From contig CAZJKR010000003.1 of NCBI GenBank assembly GCA_964546615.1, forward strand, positions 1-36,758: 36,758 nucleotides of DNA. The letters run 5' to 3'. A program made the translations under genes and the position numbers. Source of the stretch: an uncultured Curvibacter sp. (GTDB lineage Bacteria > Pseudomonadota > Gammaproteobacteria > Burkholderiales > Burkholderiaceae_C). Shown here piece after piece: positions 20,374-30,371 of the stretch. The notes beneath the pieces are model-generated. The model searched no databases and had not been told where the DNA came from. It saw only the letters and a program-made list of their open reading frames with translations. Positions within the stretch are counted from its first letter, which is position 1; the number at the start of each line of letters is the position of its first letter.

Positions 20374-21216
20374 TTACAGCGTGGCTTCCACCATGCGCCG
20401 CAATTCCGGCGTGAGCGTCGGCATGAGGCCGAACCAGTGCTGGAAGGCCGGGCGCGCCTGGTTGAGCAGCATGCCCAGACCATTGACCGTCGGGTTGCCG
20501 CGCTGGCGCGCGGCTGCCAGCAGCGGCGTCTCCAGCGGTACGTAGATGATGTCCGACACCAGCGCCTGCTTCGGCAGACGGTCCAGCGACAGTTCCAGCG
20601 CGTCCTGCCCCTTCATGCCCAGGCTGGTGGTGTTGACCAGCAGGGCCGCATCCTGCAGTGCTTCCTCGCGTTGCTCCCACGGCACGGCCTTGATCGGCGC
20701 ACCGAACTCGGCAGCCAGCGCCGCGGCCTTGTCCGGGCTGCGGTTGCACAGGCGGATTTCCTTCGCACCGCGCTCGGCCAGCGCCACCAGGATGGCGCGG
20801 GCCGCACCGCCGGCCCCCAGTACGGTCACCGGGCCGGCATCGGCGCGCCAATCGGGCTGGGCGTCGAGCAGGCTCTGGATGTAGCCGAAGGCATCGGTGT
20901 TGTAGCCGCTCAAGGTGCCGTCGGCTTCCACCACCACGGTGTTGATGGCGCCGATGCGCTGTGCCAGCGGGTCGATGCGGTCCACCAGCGGCATGGCCGC
21001 CACCTTGTGCGGGATGGTGATGTTGCAGCCGGCAAACCCCAGGGCGCGCAGGCCGCGCACGGCGTCGCCGATCAGATCCGGCTGCACCGGCAGCAGCACG
21101 TAGCTGCCGTTCAGGCCGTACTGGCGGATCCAGTGGTTGTGGATGGCGGGCGAGCGCGAGTGCGCCACCGGCCAGCCCATCACGCCGGCCAGGATGAATT
21201 GCTTGTCTGTTGCCAT
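20374..21216 (-). CDS. aroE: Shikimate dehydrogenase family protein
   Basis: GWPVAHSRSPAIH, GCNITIPHK, GAINTV, NTDAFG, LGAGGAARA, VNTTSLGM, DIIYVPLETPLL, NGLGMLLNQA. Confidence 0.92.
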   Translation of the reverse strand: MATDKQFILAGVMGWPVAHSRSPAIHNHWIRQYGLNGSYVLLPVQPDLIGDAVRGLRALGFAGCNITIPHKVAAMPLVDRIDPLAQRIGAINTVVVEADGTLSGYNTDAFGYIQSLLDAQPDWRADAGPVTVLGAGGAARAILVALAERGAKEIRLCNRSPDKAAALAAEFGAPIKAVPWEQREEALQDAALLVNTTSLGMKGQDALELSLDRLPKQALVSDIIYVPLETPLLAAARQRGNPTVNGLGMLLNQARPAFQHWFGLMPTLTPELRRMVEATL

Positions 21217-21247
21217 GGTCTTCTTGTTCCCCGTCACCAAGCCGGGC

Positions 21248-22183
21248 TCAGCGCGCTTGTTCCGCTGCAGATTGTGCCGCCGGCCCGGCAGGGCCGAACA
21301 CTTGCGCGGTCACTTCCTGGATCAGTTCCAGCATGGCCTGCTGCGTCATGGTGGTGGTGCGGCTGGCTGCCGTGGCCAGCGCCAGCTTGCTGCTGAGCCG
21401 GGGTTTGACGATGGGGCGGGCCAGGTAGGTTTCGGGCACGGCCGAGGTCGCCAGTGCATAGCGCGGCAGGATGGCGTGGCCTGCGCCATCGGCCACCAGG
21501 TCGAGAATGGCGGCCACGCCATCGATTTCCAGGCTGATGGAAGGCTTGCAGCCGATGCCCGCCATCTCGGTTTCCACCACCATGCGGATGGCGTTGGGAC
21601 GGCTCGGAATCACCAGCGGCAGGGTGCTGACCTCTTTCAGGCCGACCGGTCCGCTCTTGCCCTGGGCTTGGCGCGGGCCGATCAGGTAGAGCTCCTCGTC
21701 CAGCAAGGGCAGGGTGTCCAGGTCCGGGCTGGGCGAGGGGTTGTACAGCAGCGCTATGTCCAGCCGGCCGGTCTGCAGGCCTTCCTGCATGGAGATGGTC
21801 AGCCCCTCGCTGATGGAGAGCGCCGCATTCGGCAGGCGTTTGCGGAATTCGCGTGTCAGCGGCACCGTCATCATCTTGGCAATGCTGGGTGGCAGGCCCA
21901 CCGCCACCCGCCCGGCCAGTGCGCCGCTTACCCGGCCCAGGTCTTCGCGCGCGCGCTCCACCTGGTGCAGGATGCCGCGGCCGTGCTCCAGCAGCAGCTT
22001 GCCGGCATCGGTGGTGGTGACGCCACGGCCATTGCGCAGCAGCAGGTTCTGCCGCAACTCCACCTCCAGCAGGCGTACCTGGCGGCTCAGCGCGGGCTGG
22101 GCAATGTCGAGCACGCTGGACGCGCGCGTGAAACTGCCCAGTTCGGCGACGCGAACGAAATATTCGAGCTGTTTCAAATCCAT
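21248..22183 (-). CDS. LysR-family regulator, probable regulator of the divergent lig operon
   Basis: MDLKQLEYFVRVAELGSFTRAS...AQPALSRQVRLLEVEL...LLLRNGRGV HTH; divergent from the modA-like-ligJKIABC operon. Confidence 0.93.
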   Translation of the reverse strand: MDLKQLEYFVRVAELGSFTRASSVLDIAQPALSRQVRLLEVELRQNLLLRNGRGVTTTDAGKLLLEHGRGILHQVERAREDLGRVSGALAGRVAVGLPPSIAKMMTVPLTREFRKRLPNAALSISEGLTISMQEGLQTGRLDIALLYNPSPSPDLDTLPLLDEELYLIGPRQAQGKSGPVGLKEVSTLPLVIPSRPNAIRMVVETEMAGIGCKPSISLEIDGVAAILDLVADGAGHAILPRYALATSAVPETYLARPIVKPRLSSKLALATAASRTTTMTQQAMLELIQEVTAQVFGPAGPAAQSAAEQAR

Positions 22184-22327
22184 GTTTTACGGATACCTTT
22201 TCAAATATTATGCCGAAATGCGATAGCTGCTAGTAAGCGCTCCGACTTGGCGCCTGCCCAGGGCCTCGCGACAATCAGTACCCAAATTCATTAATTCGGA
22301 TCAGTATTCCGTTTTTTTCCGAGCCCC

Positions 22328-23020
22328 ATGAGCACACAGATCACAGGCATTTCGTCCATGGCCACGCGTCAGGTTCTGGCGGAGCTGATCGAGGGCTTCC
22401 AGCGCAAGACCGGGCAGCCGGTGCGCATTGAATCGGTGGGGGGCGTGGACGCCGCCAAGCGGGTACAGGCCGGCGAAGCGTTCGACGTTGTCATCCTGGC
22501 GTCGGATGCCATCGACAAGCTGGTCGCCTCCGGCCATGTGCAGGCCGGCTCCAGGGTTGATCTGGTGCGCTCCGGCGTGGCCGTGGCGGTGCGCGCCGGC
22601 GCACCCGAGCCCGACATCTCGAGCGAAGACGCCGTGCGCGCCGCTGTGCTGGCCGCGCCCAGCGTCAGCTATTCCACCGGCCCCAGTGGCGTGGCACTGG
22701 CCCGCCTGTTCGAGCGCTGGGGCATCACCGAGCAGATCAAGGGCCGCATCGTCACCCCGCCGCCGGGCATCCCGGTGGGTAGCCTGGTGGCCAAGGGCGA
22801 GGTGGCGCTGGGCTTCCAGCAGTTGAGCGAACTCATCAACCTCGACGGCATCACCGTGCTCGGCCCGCTGCCGCCGGCGATCCAGATCACCACCACTTTT
22901 TCGGGTGGCGTCTGTACCGGCAGCCAGCAGGGTGACGCCGTGCGCGCCATGCTGGCCTACATGGCCTCACCCGAAGCCGCCGCCGCCAAACAGCGCCAGG
23001 GCATGGACCCGGCATCATGA
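22328..23020 (+). CDS. ModA-like (periplasmic-binding-protein fold) protein without signal peptide
   Basis: RVQAGEAFDVVILA, RVDLVRSGVAVAVRAGAP.PDISS, VAKGEVALGFQQLSEL, GPLPPAIQ. No hydrophobic N-terminal leader and no modBC nearby. Confidence 0.8.
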   Translation: MSTQITGISSMATRQVLAELIEGFQRKTGQPVRIESVGGVDAAKRVQAGEAFDVVILASDAIDKLVASGHVQAGSRVDLVRSGVAVAVRAGAPEPDISSEDAVRAAVLAAPSVSYSTGPSGVALARLFERWGITEQIKGRIVTPPPGIPVGSLVAKGEVALGFQQLSELINLDGITVLGPLPPAIQITTTFSGGVCTGSQQGDAVRAMLAYMASPEAAAAKQRQGMDPAS

Positions 23021-23117
23021 AATACACCCCCGTTGCTTGCCCACTGCGTGTGGCCGCCTCCCCCCTCAAGGGGGCAACGCCAGTGGCCCGGCAAAGCCGG
23101 TTCCACGGCGTTCCGCG
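23017..23117 (+). repeat. Multi-hairpin intergenic element (MITE/REP-like) carrying a 48-codon ORF (23017-23163)
   Basis: Tandem hairpins ccac-tgcgt-gtgg, ccccc-tcaa-ggggg and aacgcc-a-gtgg-cccggc-aaa-gccgg-tt-ccac-ggcgtt. Confidence 0.6.
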
Positions 23118-23180
23118 GTCAGACACGCTCGTGTGCGGGGTAGCGAGCGGATCGAATAGTTGAACTCTTTGGAGACCCTC

Positions 23181-24221
23181 ATGAAAAAACCCATGATCAT
23201 CGACTGCCACGGGCACTACACCACGGCGCCGAAAGCGCTGGAGAACTGGCGCAACCAGCAGATTGCCGGCATCAAGGACCCGGCCCTCATGCCCAAAGTG
23301 GCGGATCTGAAGATCAGCGACGATGAGCTGCGCGAGTCGATCGAGACCAACCAGCTGCGCCTGATGCGCGAGCGCGGCTCCGACCTCACCATCTTCAGCC
23401 CGCGCGCCAGCTTCATGGCGCACCACATCGGCGACTTCAATGTCTCGTCTACCTGGGCCGCCATCTGCAACGAGCTCTGCTACCGCGTCTCGCAGCTGTT
23501 CCCCGACCACTTCGTGCCGGCCGCCATGCTGCCGCAAAGTCCCGGCGTGGACCCGGCGACCTGCATTCCCGAGCTGGAGAAGTGCGTCAAGGAGTACGGC
23601 AACGTCGGCATCAACCTCAATCCCGATCCGTCGGGCGGCCACTGGACCAGCCCGCCGCTGACCGATCGCCACTGGTATCCCATCTACGAAAAGATGGTCG
23701 AGTACGACATCCCGGCCATGATCCATGTGTCGACCAGCTGCAATGCCTGCTTCTACACCACCGGTGCGCACTACATCAACGCCGACACCACGGCCGTCAT
23801 GCAGCTGATCCAGGGTGACCTGTTCAAGGATTTCCCGACGCTGAAGTTCATCATCCCGCACGGCGGTGGCGCGGCGCCCTACCACTGGGGCCGTTACCGC
23901 GGCCTGGCGCAGGAGATGAAGAAGCCGCTGCTGCAGGACCACCTGCTGAAGAACATCTACTTCGACACCTGCGTCTACCACCAGCCGGGCATCGACCTGC
24001 TGACCAAGGTGATCCCGGTCGACAACATCCTGTTCGCCTCCGAGATGATCGGTGCCGTGCGCGGCATCGATCCCGAGACCGGCGCCTACTACGACGACAC
24101 CAAGCGCTACATCCAGGCCACGGCCAACCTCAACGACGAGCAGCGCTACAAGGTCTACGAAGGCAACGCGCGCCGCGTGTTCCCGCGCCTGGATGCGGCC
24201 CTGAAGGCACAAGGAAAGTAA
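23181..24221 (+). CDS. ligJ: 4-oxalomesaconate hydratase (LigJ/PmdE)
   Basis: [78 protein letters not shown]. Confidence 0.96.
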   Translation: MKKPMIIDCHGHYTTAPKALENWRNQQIAGIKDPALMPKVADLKISDDELRESIETNQLRLMRERGSDLTIFSPRASFMAHHIGDFNVSSTWAAICNELCYRVSQLFPDHFVPAAMLPQSPGVDPATCIPELEKCVKEYGNVGINLNPDPSGGHWTSPPLTDRHWYPIYEKMVEYDIPAMIHVSTSCNACFYTTGAHYINADTTAVMQLIQGDLFKDFPTLKFIIPHGGGAAPYHWGRYRGLAQEMKKPLLQDHLLKNIYFDTCVYHQPGIDLLTKVIPVDNILFASEMIGAVRGIDPETGAYYDDTKRYIQATANLNDEQRYKVYEGNARRVFPRLDAALKAQGK

Positions 24222-24241
24222 GCAGACTCATTCACCATATC

Positions 24242-24296
24242 CCGTTCGGGCTGAGCCTGTCCAAGCCAAACCTGTCGACAAGCGCAAGGCGAACGG
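24242..24296 (+). repeat. REP/REPIN-like palindrome, family B (CCGTTCG..CTGAGCCTGTCGAAG / TTCGACAGGCTCA..CGAACGG), copy 1
   Basis: ccgttcgggctgagcctgtccaagcc...tgtcgacaagcgcaaggcgaacgg; related copies at 27427 and 30313. Confidence 0.8.
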
Positions 24297-24316
24297 TTCA
24301 ACCAAAGGACAACACC

Positions 24317-25009
24317 ATGAGCATCAACGCACCCCTGGGCATCGTCAAACGCAACATCGTGCGCGCCGATGCCGCAGCCACCGAGAAGCTGGCCAAGTAC
24401 GGCGTGGCCACCGTGCACGAGGCGCAGGGCCGCATCGGCCTGATGCAGTCCTACATGCGTCCGATCTATTCCGGCGCCAAGATCTCCGGCACCGCCGTCA
24501 CCGTGCTGCTGCACCCGGGCGACAACTGGATGCTGCACGTCGTGGCCGAACAGATCCAGCCCGGCGACATCGTCGTGGCGGCACTGTCTGCCCCCAACAC
24601 CGACGGCTTCTTCGGTGACCTGTTGGCCACCAGTTTCAAGGCGCGCGGCGCCCGCGGCCTGATCATTGACGGCGGCTGCCGTGACGTGGCCGAACTCAAG
24701 GCCATGGACTTCCCGGTCTGGAGCAAGGCCATCAGCGCCAAGGGCACCATCAAGGCCACGCTGGGCTCGGTCAACGTCCCCGTGGTGTGCGCCGGCATGA
24801 TCGTCAATCCGGGTGATGCCATCGTGGCCGACGACGACGGCGTGGTGGTCGTCAACGCCGCCGACGCGCAGAAGGTGGCGGATGCCGCCGAGGCGCGTGA
24901 AGCCAACGAAGGCGAGAAGCGCGCCAAGCTGGCGGCCGGCGTGCTGGGCCTGGACATGTACAAGTTCCGCGAGCCGCTGGAAAAGCTGGGCCTGAAGTAC
25001 ATCGACTGA
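24317..25009 (+). CDS. ligK: 4-carboxy-4-hydroxy-2-oxoadipate aldolase / oxaloacetate decarboxylase (LigK/PmdF)
   Basis: [66 protein letters not shown]. Confidence 0.96.
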   Translation: MSINAPLGIVKRNIVRADAAATEKLAKYGVATVHEAQGRIGLMQSYMRPIYSGAKISGTAVTVLLHPGDNWMLHVVAEQIQPGDIVVAALSAPNTDGFFGDLLATSFKARGARGLIIDGGCRDVAELKAMDFPVWSKAISAKGTIKATLGSVNVPVVCAGMIVNPGDAIVADDDGVVVVNAADAQKVADAAEAREANEGEKRAKLAAGVLGLDMYKFREPLEKLGLKYID

Positions 25010-25046
25010 GCGCCTCCCCTGAACCGACAGAACAAAGAGAGACACG

Positions 25047-25982
25047 ATGAGCAAACCGACCTCTGGGCCCTTCGAGAAAACCGCCGGTTGGCTGGATTGG
25101 TACACCGGTCCGAGCAAGCCGCGCTTCCAGTTGCCCGCCGGCAGCGTGGACGCGCACTGCCACGTCTTCGGCCCCGGCGCTGAATTCCCCTATGCCCCCG
25201 AGCGCAAGTACACCCCGTGCGACGCCAGCAAGGCGCAGCTGTTCGCGCTGCGTGACCACCTGGGCTTTGCGCGCAACGTGATCGTGCAGGCCACCTGCCA
25301 CGGCGCCGACAACCGCGCCATGGTGGATGCCTGTGTGGCCTCCGCTGGCCGCGCACGCGGGGTGGCCACCGTCAAGCGCAGCGTGAGCGATGCCGAGCTG
25401 CAGGCCATGCACGACGCCGGTGTGCGCGGCGTGCGCTTCAACTTCGTCAAGCGCCTGGTGGACTTCACGCCCAAGGACGAGCTGATGGAAATTGCCGGCC
25501 GCATCGCCAAGTTCGGCTGGCATGTGGTGATCTACTTCGAGGCGGTGGACCTGCCCGAGCTGTGGGACTTCTTCACCGCGCTGCCCACCACCGTGGTGGT
25601 GGACCACATGGGTCGCCCCGACGTCAGCAAGCCGATCGACGGCCCCGAGTTCGAGCTGTTCGTCAAGTTCATGCGCGAGCACAAGAACGTGTGGAGCAAG
25701 GTGAGCTGTCCCGAGCGTCTGTCCGTCAGCGGCCCGAAGGCGCTGAACGGTGAGCAGGCGGCCTACCGCGACGTGGTGCCGTTCGCCCGCCACATCGTGG
25801 AGGAGTTCCCCGACCGCGTGCTCTGGGGCACCGACTGGCCGCACCCCAACCTGAAGGACCACATGCCCGACGACGGCCTGCTGGTGGACTTCATCCCGCA
25901 CATCGCGCCCACACCCGAGCTGCAGAAAAAACTGCTGGTGGACAATCCCATGCGCCTGTACTGGCCGGAGGAAACCAGATAA
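25047..25982 (+). CDS. ligI: 2-pyrone-4,6-dicarboxylate hydrolase (LigI/PmdD)
   Basis: VDAHCHVFGP, RKYTPCDA, VQATCHGADN, RGVRFNFVKRLVD, VDHMGRPD, LWGTDWPHPN. Confidence 0.96.
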   Translation: MSKPTSGPFEKTAGWLDWYTGPSKPRFQLPAGSVDAHCHVFGPGAEFPYAPERKYTPCDASKAQLFALRDHLGFARNVIVQATCHGADNRAMVDACVASAGRARGVATVKRSVSDAELQAMHDAGVRGVRFNFVKRLVDFTPKDELMEIAGRIAKFGWHVVIYFEAVDLPELWDFFTALPTTVVVDHMGRPDVSKPIDGPEFELFVKFMREHKNVWSKVSCPERLSVSGPKALNGEQAAYRDVVPFARHIVEEFPDRVLWGTDWPHPNLKDHMPDDGLLVDFIPHIAPTPELQKKLLVDNPMRLYWPEETR

Positions 25983-25986
25983 ACGC

Positions 25987-26026
25987 AGGACAGCCCCGGA
26001 GTTGCGCAGCAATTCTGCGATGTCCT
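25987..26026. repeat. Imperfect intergenic hairpin between ligI and ligA
   Basis: aggaca...gagttgc-gca-gcaattc...tgtcct. Confidence 0.45.
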
Positions 26027-26045
26027 CAACTGATTGGAGGAATTT

Positions 26046-26486
26046 ATGTCACTTGAAAAACCCTATCTGGACGTGCCCGGCACGACCATCTTCGACGCCG
26101 AGCAAAGCCGCAAGGGCTACTGGCTCAACCAGTTCTGCATGAGCCTGATGAAGGCCGAGAACCGCGAGCGCTTCAAGGCCGACCAGCGCAAGTACCTGGA
26201 CGAGTGGCCGATGAGCGAAGAGCAGAAGCAGGCCGTGCTGGCCGCCGACCTCAACAAGGCCATCAGCCTGGGCGGCAACATCTACTTCCTGGCCAAGCTG
26301 GGCGCCACGCATGGCAAGAGCTTCCAGCAGATGGCCGGCTCCATGACCGGCATGACCGAGGAAGAATACCGCGACATGATGATCGCCGGCGGCCGCAGCC
26401 CCGAGGGCAACCGTTATGCCGGCGAGAACGGTACCGCCCAGCCGCAGAACCAGCCGCAGGGGCATGGCACGGGCAAGCTACTTTGA
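26046..26486 (+). CDS. ligA: Protocatechuate 4,5-dioxygenase alpha subunit (LigA/PmdA)
   Basis: DVPGTTIFDAEQSRKGYWLNQFCMSLMKAENRERFKAD, GGNIYFLAKLGATHG, GGRSPEGNR. RBS GGAGG. Confidence 0.97.
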   Translation: MSLEKPYLDVPGTTIFDAEQSRKGYWLNQFCMSLMKAENRERFKADQRKYLDEWPMSEEQKQAVLAADLNKAISLGGNIYFLAKLGATHGKSFQQMAGSMTGMTEEEYRDMMIAGGRSPEGNRYAGENGTAQPQNQPQGHGTGKLL

Positions 26487-26493
26487 TTCAAGC

Positions 26494-26535
26494 GGGTCAG
26501 ATCACGAATTTGCACAGCAAATTGTGCGCTGACCC
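26494..26535. repeat. REP-like palindrome, family C (GGGTCAGATCAC..GTGCNCTGACCC), copy 1
   Basis: gggtcagatcac-gaatttgc-aca-gcaaatt-gtgcgctgaccc; related to the 28495 element. Confidence 0.7.
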
Positions 26536-26545
26536 CTCTGTTTAG

Positions 26546-27424
<879 letters not shown>

Positions 27425-27426
27425 CA

Positions 27427-27481
27427 CCGTTCGGCCCGAGCCTGTCGAAGCCCCGCCTTTCGACAGGCTCAAGGCGAACGG
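27427..27481 (+). repeat. REP/REPIN-like palindrome, family B, copy 2
   Basis: ccgttcggcccgagcctgtcgaagcc-ccgcc-tttcgacaggctcaaggcgaacgg. Confidence 0.85.
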
Positions 27482-27503
27482 ATCGCAAGAAAGGAACCTC
27501 ACC

Positions 27504-28457
27504 ATGACCATCAAAGTAGCCCTGGCCGGCGCCGGTGCCTTCGGCATCAAGCACCTGGACGGCATCAAGAACATCCCTGATGTGGAAGTCGTCTCCCTCA
27601 TCAGCCGTGACCTGGAGAAGACCAAGGAAGTGGCCGATAAGTACGGCATCCAGCACGTCACCACCGATCTGGCCGACAGCCTGGCGCTGAAGGAAGTCGA
27701 CGCCGTCATCCTGTGCACACCGACGCAGATGCACGCCGCGCAGGCCAAGGCCTGCCTGGAAGCCGGCAAGCACGTGCAGGTGGAAATTCCGCTGTGCGAC
27801 GTTCTCAAGGAAGGCGAGGAAGTCGTCGCCCTGCAGAAGCAAAAAGGCCTGGTGGCCATGTGCGGCCACACCCGCCGTTTCAACCCCAGCCACCAGTACG
27901 TGCACAAGAAGATCCAGGCCGGTGAGTTCAACATCCAGCAGATGGACGTGCAGACCTATTTCTTCCGCCGCACCAACATGAACGCGTTGGGCCAGGCCCG
28001 TAGCTGGACCGACCACCTGCTGTGGCACCACGCTGCCCACACGGTGGACCTGTTCGCCTACCAGGCCGGCAGCCCGATCGTGAAGGCCAACGCCATCCAG
28101 GGCCCGATCCACCCGACGCTGGGCCTCGCCATGGACATGTCCATCCAGCTCAAGGCCGCCAACGGCGCCATCTGCACGCTGAGCCTGTCGTTCAACAACG
28201 ACGGCCCGCTCGGCACCTTCTTCCGCTACATCGGCGACAGCGCCACCTACATCGCCCGTTATGACGACCTGTTCAACGGCAAGGACGAGAAGATCGACGT
28301 GAGCAAGGTGGACGTGTCGATGAACGGCATCGAGCTGCAGGACCGCGAATTCTTCGCCGCCATCCGCGAAGGCCGCGAGCCCAACGCCAGCGTGGCGCAG
28401 GTGCTGCCGTGCTACCAGGTACTGCACAACTTGGAACAACAACTCAACGCCGGCTGA
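27504..28457 (+). CDS. ligC: 4-carboxy-2-hydroxymuconate-6-semialdehyde dehydrogenase (LigC/PmdC)
   Basis: ALAGAGAFGIKHLDG, LCTPTQMH, GKHVQVEIPL, GHTRRFNPSHQ, RSWTDHLLWHHAAHTVDLF, NGIELQDREF. Confidence 0.96.
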   Translation: MTIKVALAGAGAFGIKHLDGIKNIPDVEVVSLISRDLEKTKEVADKYGIQHVTTDLADSLALKEVDAVILCTPTQMHAAQAKACLEAGKHVQVEIPLCDVLKEGEEVVALQKQKGLVAMCGHTRRFNPSHQYVHKKIQAGEFNIQQMDVQTYFFRRTNMNALGQARSWTDHLLWHHAAHTVDLFAYQAGSPIVKANAIQGPIHPTLGLAMDMSIQLKAANGAICTLSLSFNNDGPLGTFFRYIGDSATYIARYDDLFNGKDEKIDVSKVDVSMNGIELQDREFFAAIREGREPNASVAQVLPCYQVLHNLEQQLNAG

Positions 28458-28494
28458 GCAGACAGCGCGCAGTAAGATGCTGCGATGACCCAAA

Positions 28495-28548
28495 GTGAAA
28501 CGGGGTCGGATCACTCGCCGCAGGCGATGTGCTCTGACCCCGTTTCAC
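28495..28548. repeat. REP-like palindrome, family C, copy 2
   Basis: gtgaaacggggtcggatcac-tcgcc-gca-ggcga-t-gtgctctgaccccgtttcac. Confidence 0.8.
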
Positions 28549-28568
28549 GTTCCACGAGGAAAGCAACC

Positions 28569-29567
28569 ATGCAACAAAGAAAACTCGGCCCCTTCGAAGT
28601 CTCGGCACTCGCGCTCGGCTGCATGAGCCTGAGCTATGCCTACGGTGTACCGCCGGCGCCCGAGCACGGCGAACGCGTGCTGCTGGCCGCGCTGGACGCG
28701 GGCATCACCCACTTCGACACCGCCGCCCTGTACGGCTTCGGCGTCAACGAAGAGCTGGTTGGTCGCGTGCTCAAGCGCTACCGCCGCGAGATCGTGCTGG
28801 CCAGCAAGGGCGGCATGGCCGGCGTGCAGTTCCCGGACGGCCTCAAGCGTGTCATCGACGGCCGGCCCGAGGCCATCCGCCGGAACTGCGAAGACAGCCT
28901 GCGCCGCCTCGGCACCGACGTGATCGACCTCTACTACCTGCACCGCTGGGACAAGAAGGTCCCGATCGAAGACAGCGTGGGCGAGCTGTCGCGCCTGGTG
29001 GAGCGCGGGCTGGTGCGCAGCATCGGCCTCTCCGAAGTGTCGGCCGCCACCATCCGCAAAGCGCATGCCGTGCACCCGCTGGCGGCCGTGCAGACCGAGT
29101 ATTCGCTCTGGACACGCAACCCCGAGATCGCCGTGCTGCAGACCTGCCGCGAGCTGGGCATCAGCTTCGTCGCCTTCAGCCCGGTGGCGCGTGGTTTCCT
29201 GTCGGGCAAGCTGCGCGACGTGGCCGCGCTGGACGCCAAGGACATTCGCCACGGCATGCCGCGCTTCGAGCCGGCTCACTACGCCGGCAACCTCAAGCTG
29301 CTGCCGGCTTACGAGGCCGTAGCCCAGGAGGCCGGCTGCACCCCGGCCCAGCTGGCGCTGGCCTGGTTGCTGCACAAGGACAGCAACGTCATCCCGCTGT
29401 TCGGCACCACCAGCCTGGAGCACCTGGCCGAGAACGTGGCTGCGGCCAGCGTGAAGCTCAGCCCCGAGCTCATGGCCAAGGCGGAGGCCGTCATCAACCA
29501 GCACACCGTGGTCGGCAACCGCTACAGCGAGCAGAGCAACCGCGAAGTCGATACCGAGGTGTTCTGA
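28569..29567 (+). CDS. Aldo/keto reductase
   Basis: LGCMSLS, HFDTAALYG, LASKGG, SLRRLGTDVIDLYYLHR, IGLSE, QTEYSL, FSPVARG, AQLALAWLL. RBS GAGGA precedes ATG 28569. Confidence 0.93.
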   Translation: MQQRKLGPFEVSALALGCMSLSYAYGVPPAPEHGERVLLAALDAGITHFDTAALYGFGVNEELVGRVLKRYRREIVLASKGGMAGVQFPDGLKRVIDGRPEAIRRNCEDSLRRLGTDVIDLYYLHRWDKKVPIEDSVGELSRLVERGLVRSIGLSEVSAATIRKAHAVHPLAAVQTEYSLWTRNPEIAVLQTCRELGISFVAFSPVARGFLSGKLRDVAALDAKDIRHGMPRFEPAHYAGNLKLLPAYEAVAQEAGCTPAQLALAWLLHKDSNVIPLFGTTSLEHLAENVAAASVKLSPELMAKAEAVINQHTVVGNRYSEQSNREVDTEVF

Positions 29568-29569
29568 TC

Positions 29570-30286
29570 ATGGCAACCACATTGATGCTGCTCCCGGGCC
29601 TGAACTGCGACGCCGCCGTCTGGGCGCCGCAAGTCGCTGCCTTGAAGGGGCAAGCCAACTGTGTCATCCCCGCCTGGGGCTTGCGCGACTCGCTCACCGC
29701 CATGGCCGAGCAGGTGCTGGCCGAGGCGCCGACCGAGCGTTTCAGCGTGGCCGGCCACTCCATGGGCGGCCGCGTGGCGCTGGAAGTGCTGCGCCTGGCG
29801 CCGCAGCGCGTGGCACGGCTGGCCTTGCTGAGCACCGGCACGCACCCGTTGGCGGCGGGGGAGGCGGGCGAGAAAGAGCGGGCCGGCCGTATGGCACTGC
29901 TGCAGATTGCCCGTACCCAAGGCATGCGCGCCATGGGCCAGCAGTGGGCACGCGGCATGGTGCACCGCGACCGGCTGGATACGCTGCTGTTTGAAGAAGT
30001 GCTGGACATGCTGGCACGCGGCAGCGCCGAGCAGTACGCCGCGCAGATCAACGCCTTGCTCACGCGGCCAGACGCCGGCCCGTTGCTGCCCGGCATCACC
30101 TGCCCCACGCTCGTGCTCACCGGCCGCGAAGACGCCTGGAGCGGCCCGGCCCAGCACGAAGCCATGGCCGCGGCGATTCCCCGTGCGCAACTGGTTATCG
30201 TCGAGCACTGCGGCCACATGTGCACCATGGAGCAGCCGCAGGCGGTGAATGCGGCGCTGGCGGCCTGGCTGCAGCGCCCGGCCTGA
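29570..30286 (+). CDS. Alpha/beta-fold hydrolase
   Basis: LLPGL oxyanion region, GHSMGG nucleophile elbow, GREDAW (Asp), CGHM (His). Confidence 0.9.
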   Translation: MATTLMLLPGLNCDAAVWAPQVAALKGQANCVIPAWGLRDSLTAMAEQVLAEAPTERFSVAGHSMGGRVALEVLRLAPQRVARLALLSTGTHPLAAGEAGEKERAGRMALLQIARTQGMRAMGQQWARGMVHRDRLDTLLFEEVLDMLARGSAEQYAAQINALLTRPDAGPLLPGITCPTLVLTGREDAWSGPAQHEAMAAAIPRAQLVIVEHCGHMCTMEQPQAVNAALAAWLQRPA

Positions 30287-30312
30287 TACGACTTCGCGTT
30301 CAAAGACATCAG

Positions 30313-30371
30313 CCGTTCGCCCTGAGGCGGTCGCAGGGTTGCAGCGGCTTCGACCGGCTCAGCCCGAACGG
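30313..30371 (-). repeat. REP/REPIN-like palindrome, family B, copy 3 (inverted; overlaps the mscS stop)
   Basis: Reverse complement ccgttcgggctgagccggtcgaagcc...ctgcgaccgcctcagggcgaacgg. Confidence 0.8.

Noticed and set aside
22205-22235. LysR T-N11-A box, or a sixth GCTAY-N7-RTAGC copy (…atgcgatagctgc…)
   Set aside because: The left arm of the repeat is missing, and T-N11-A alone is too degenerate to call, although a LysR site in this region is likely.
22328-23020. Annotation as a true molybdate transporter ModA
   Set aside because: No signal peptide, no modB/modC/modE, and it sits in a catabolic operon.
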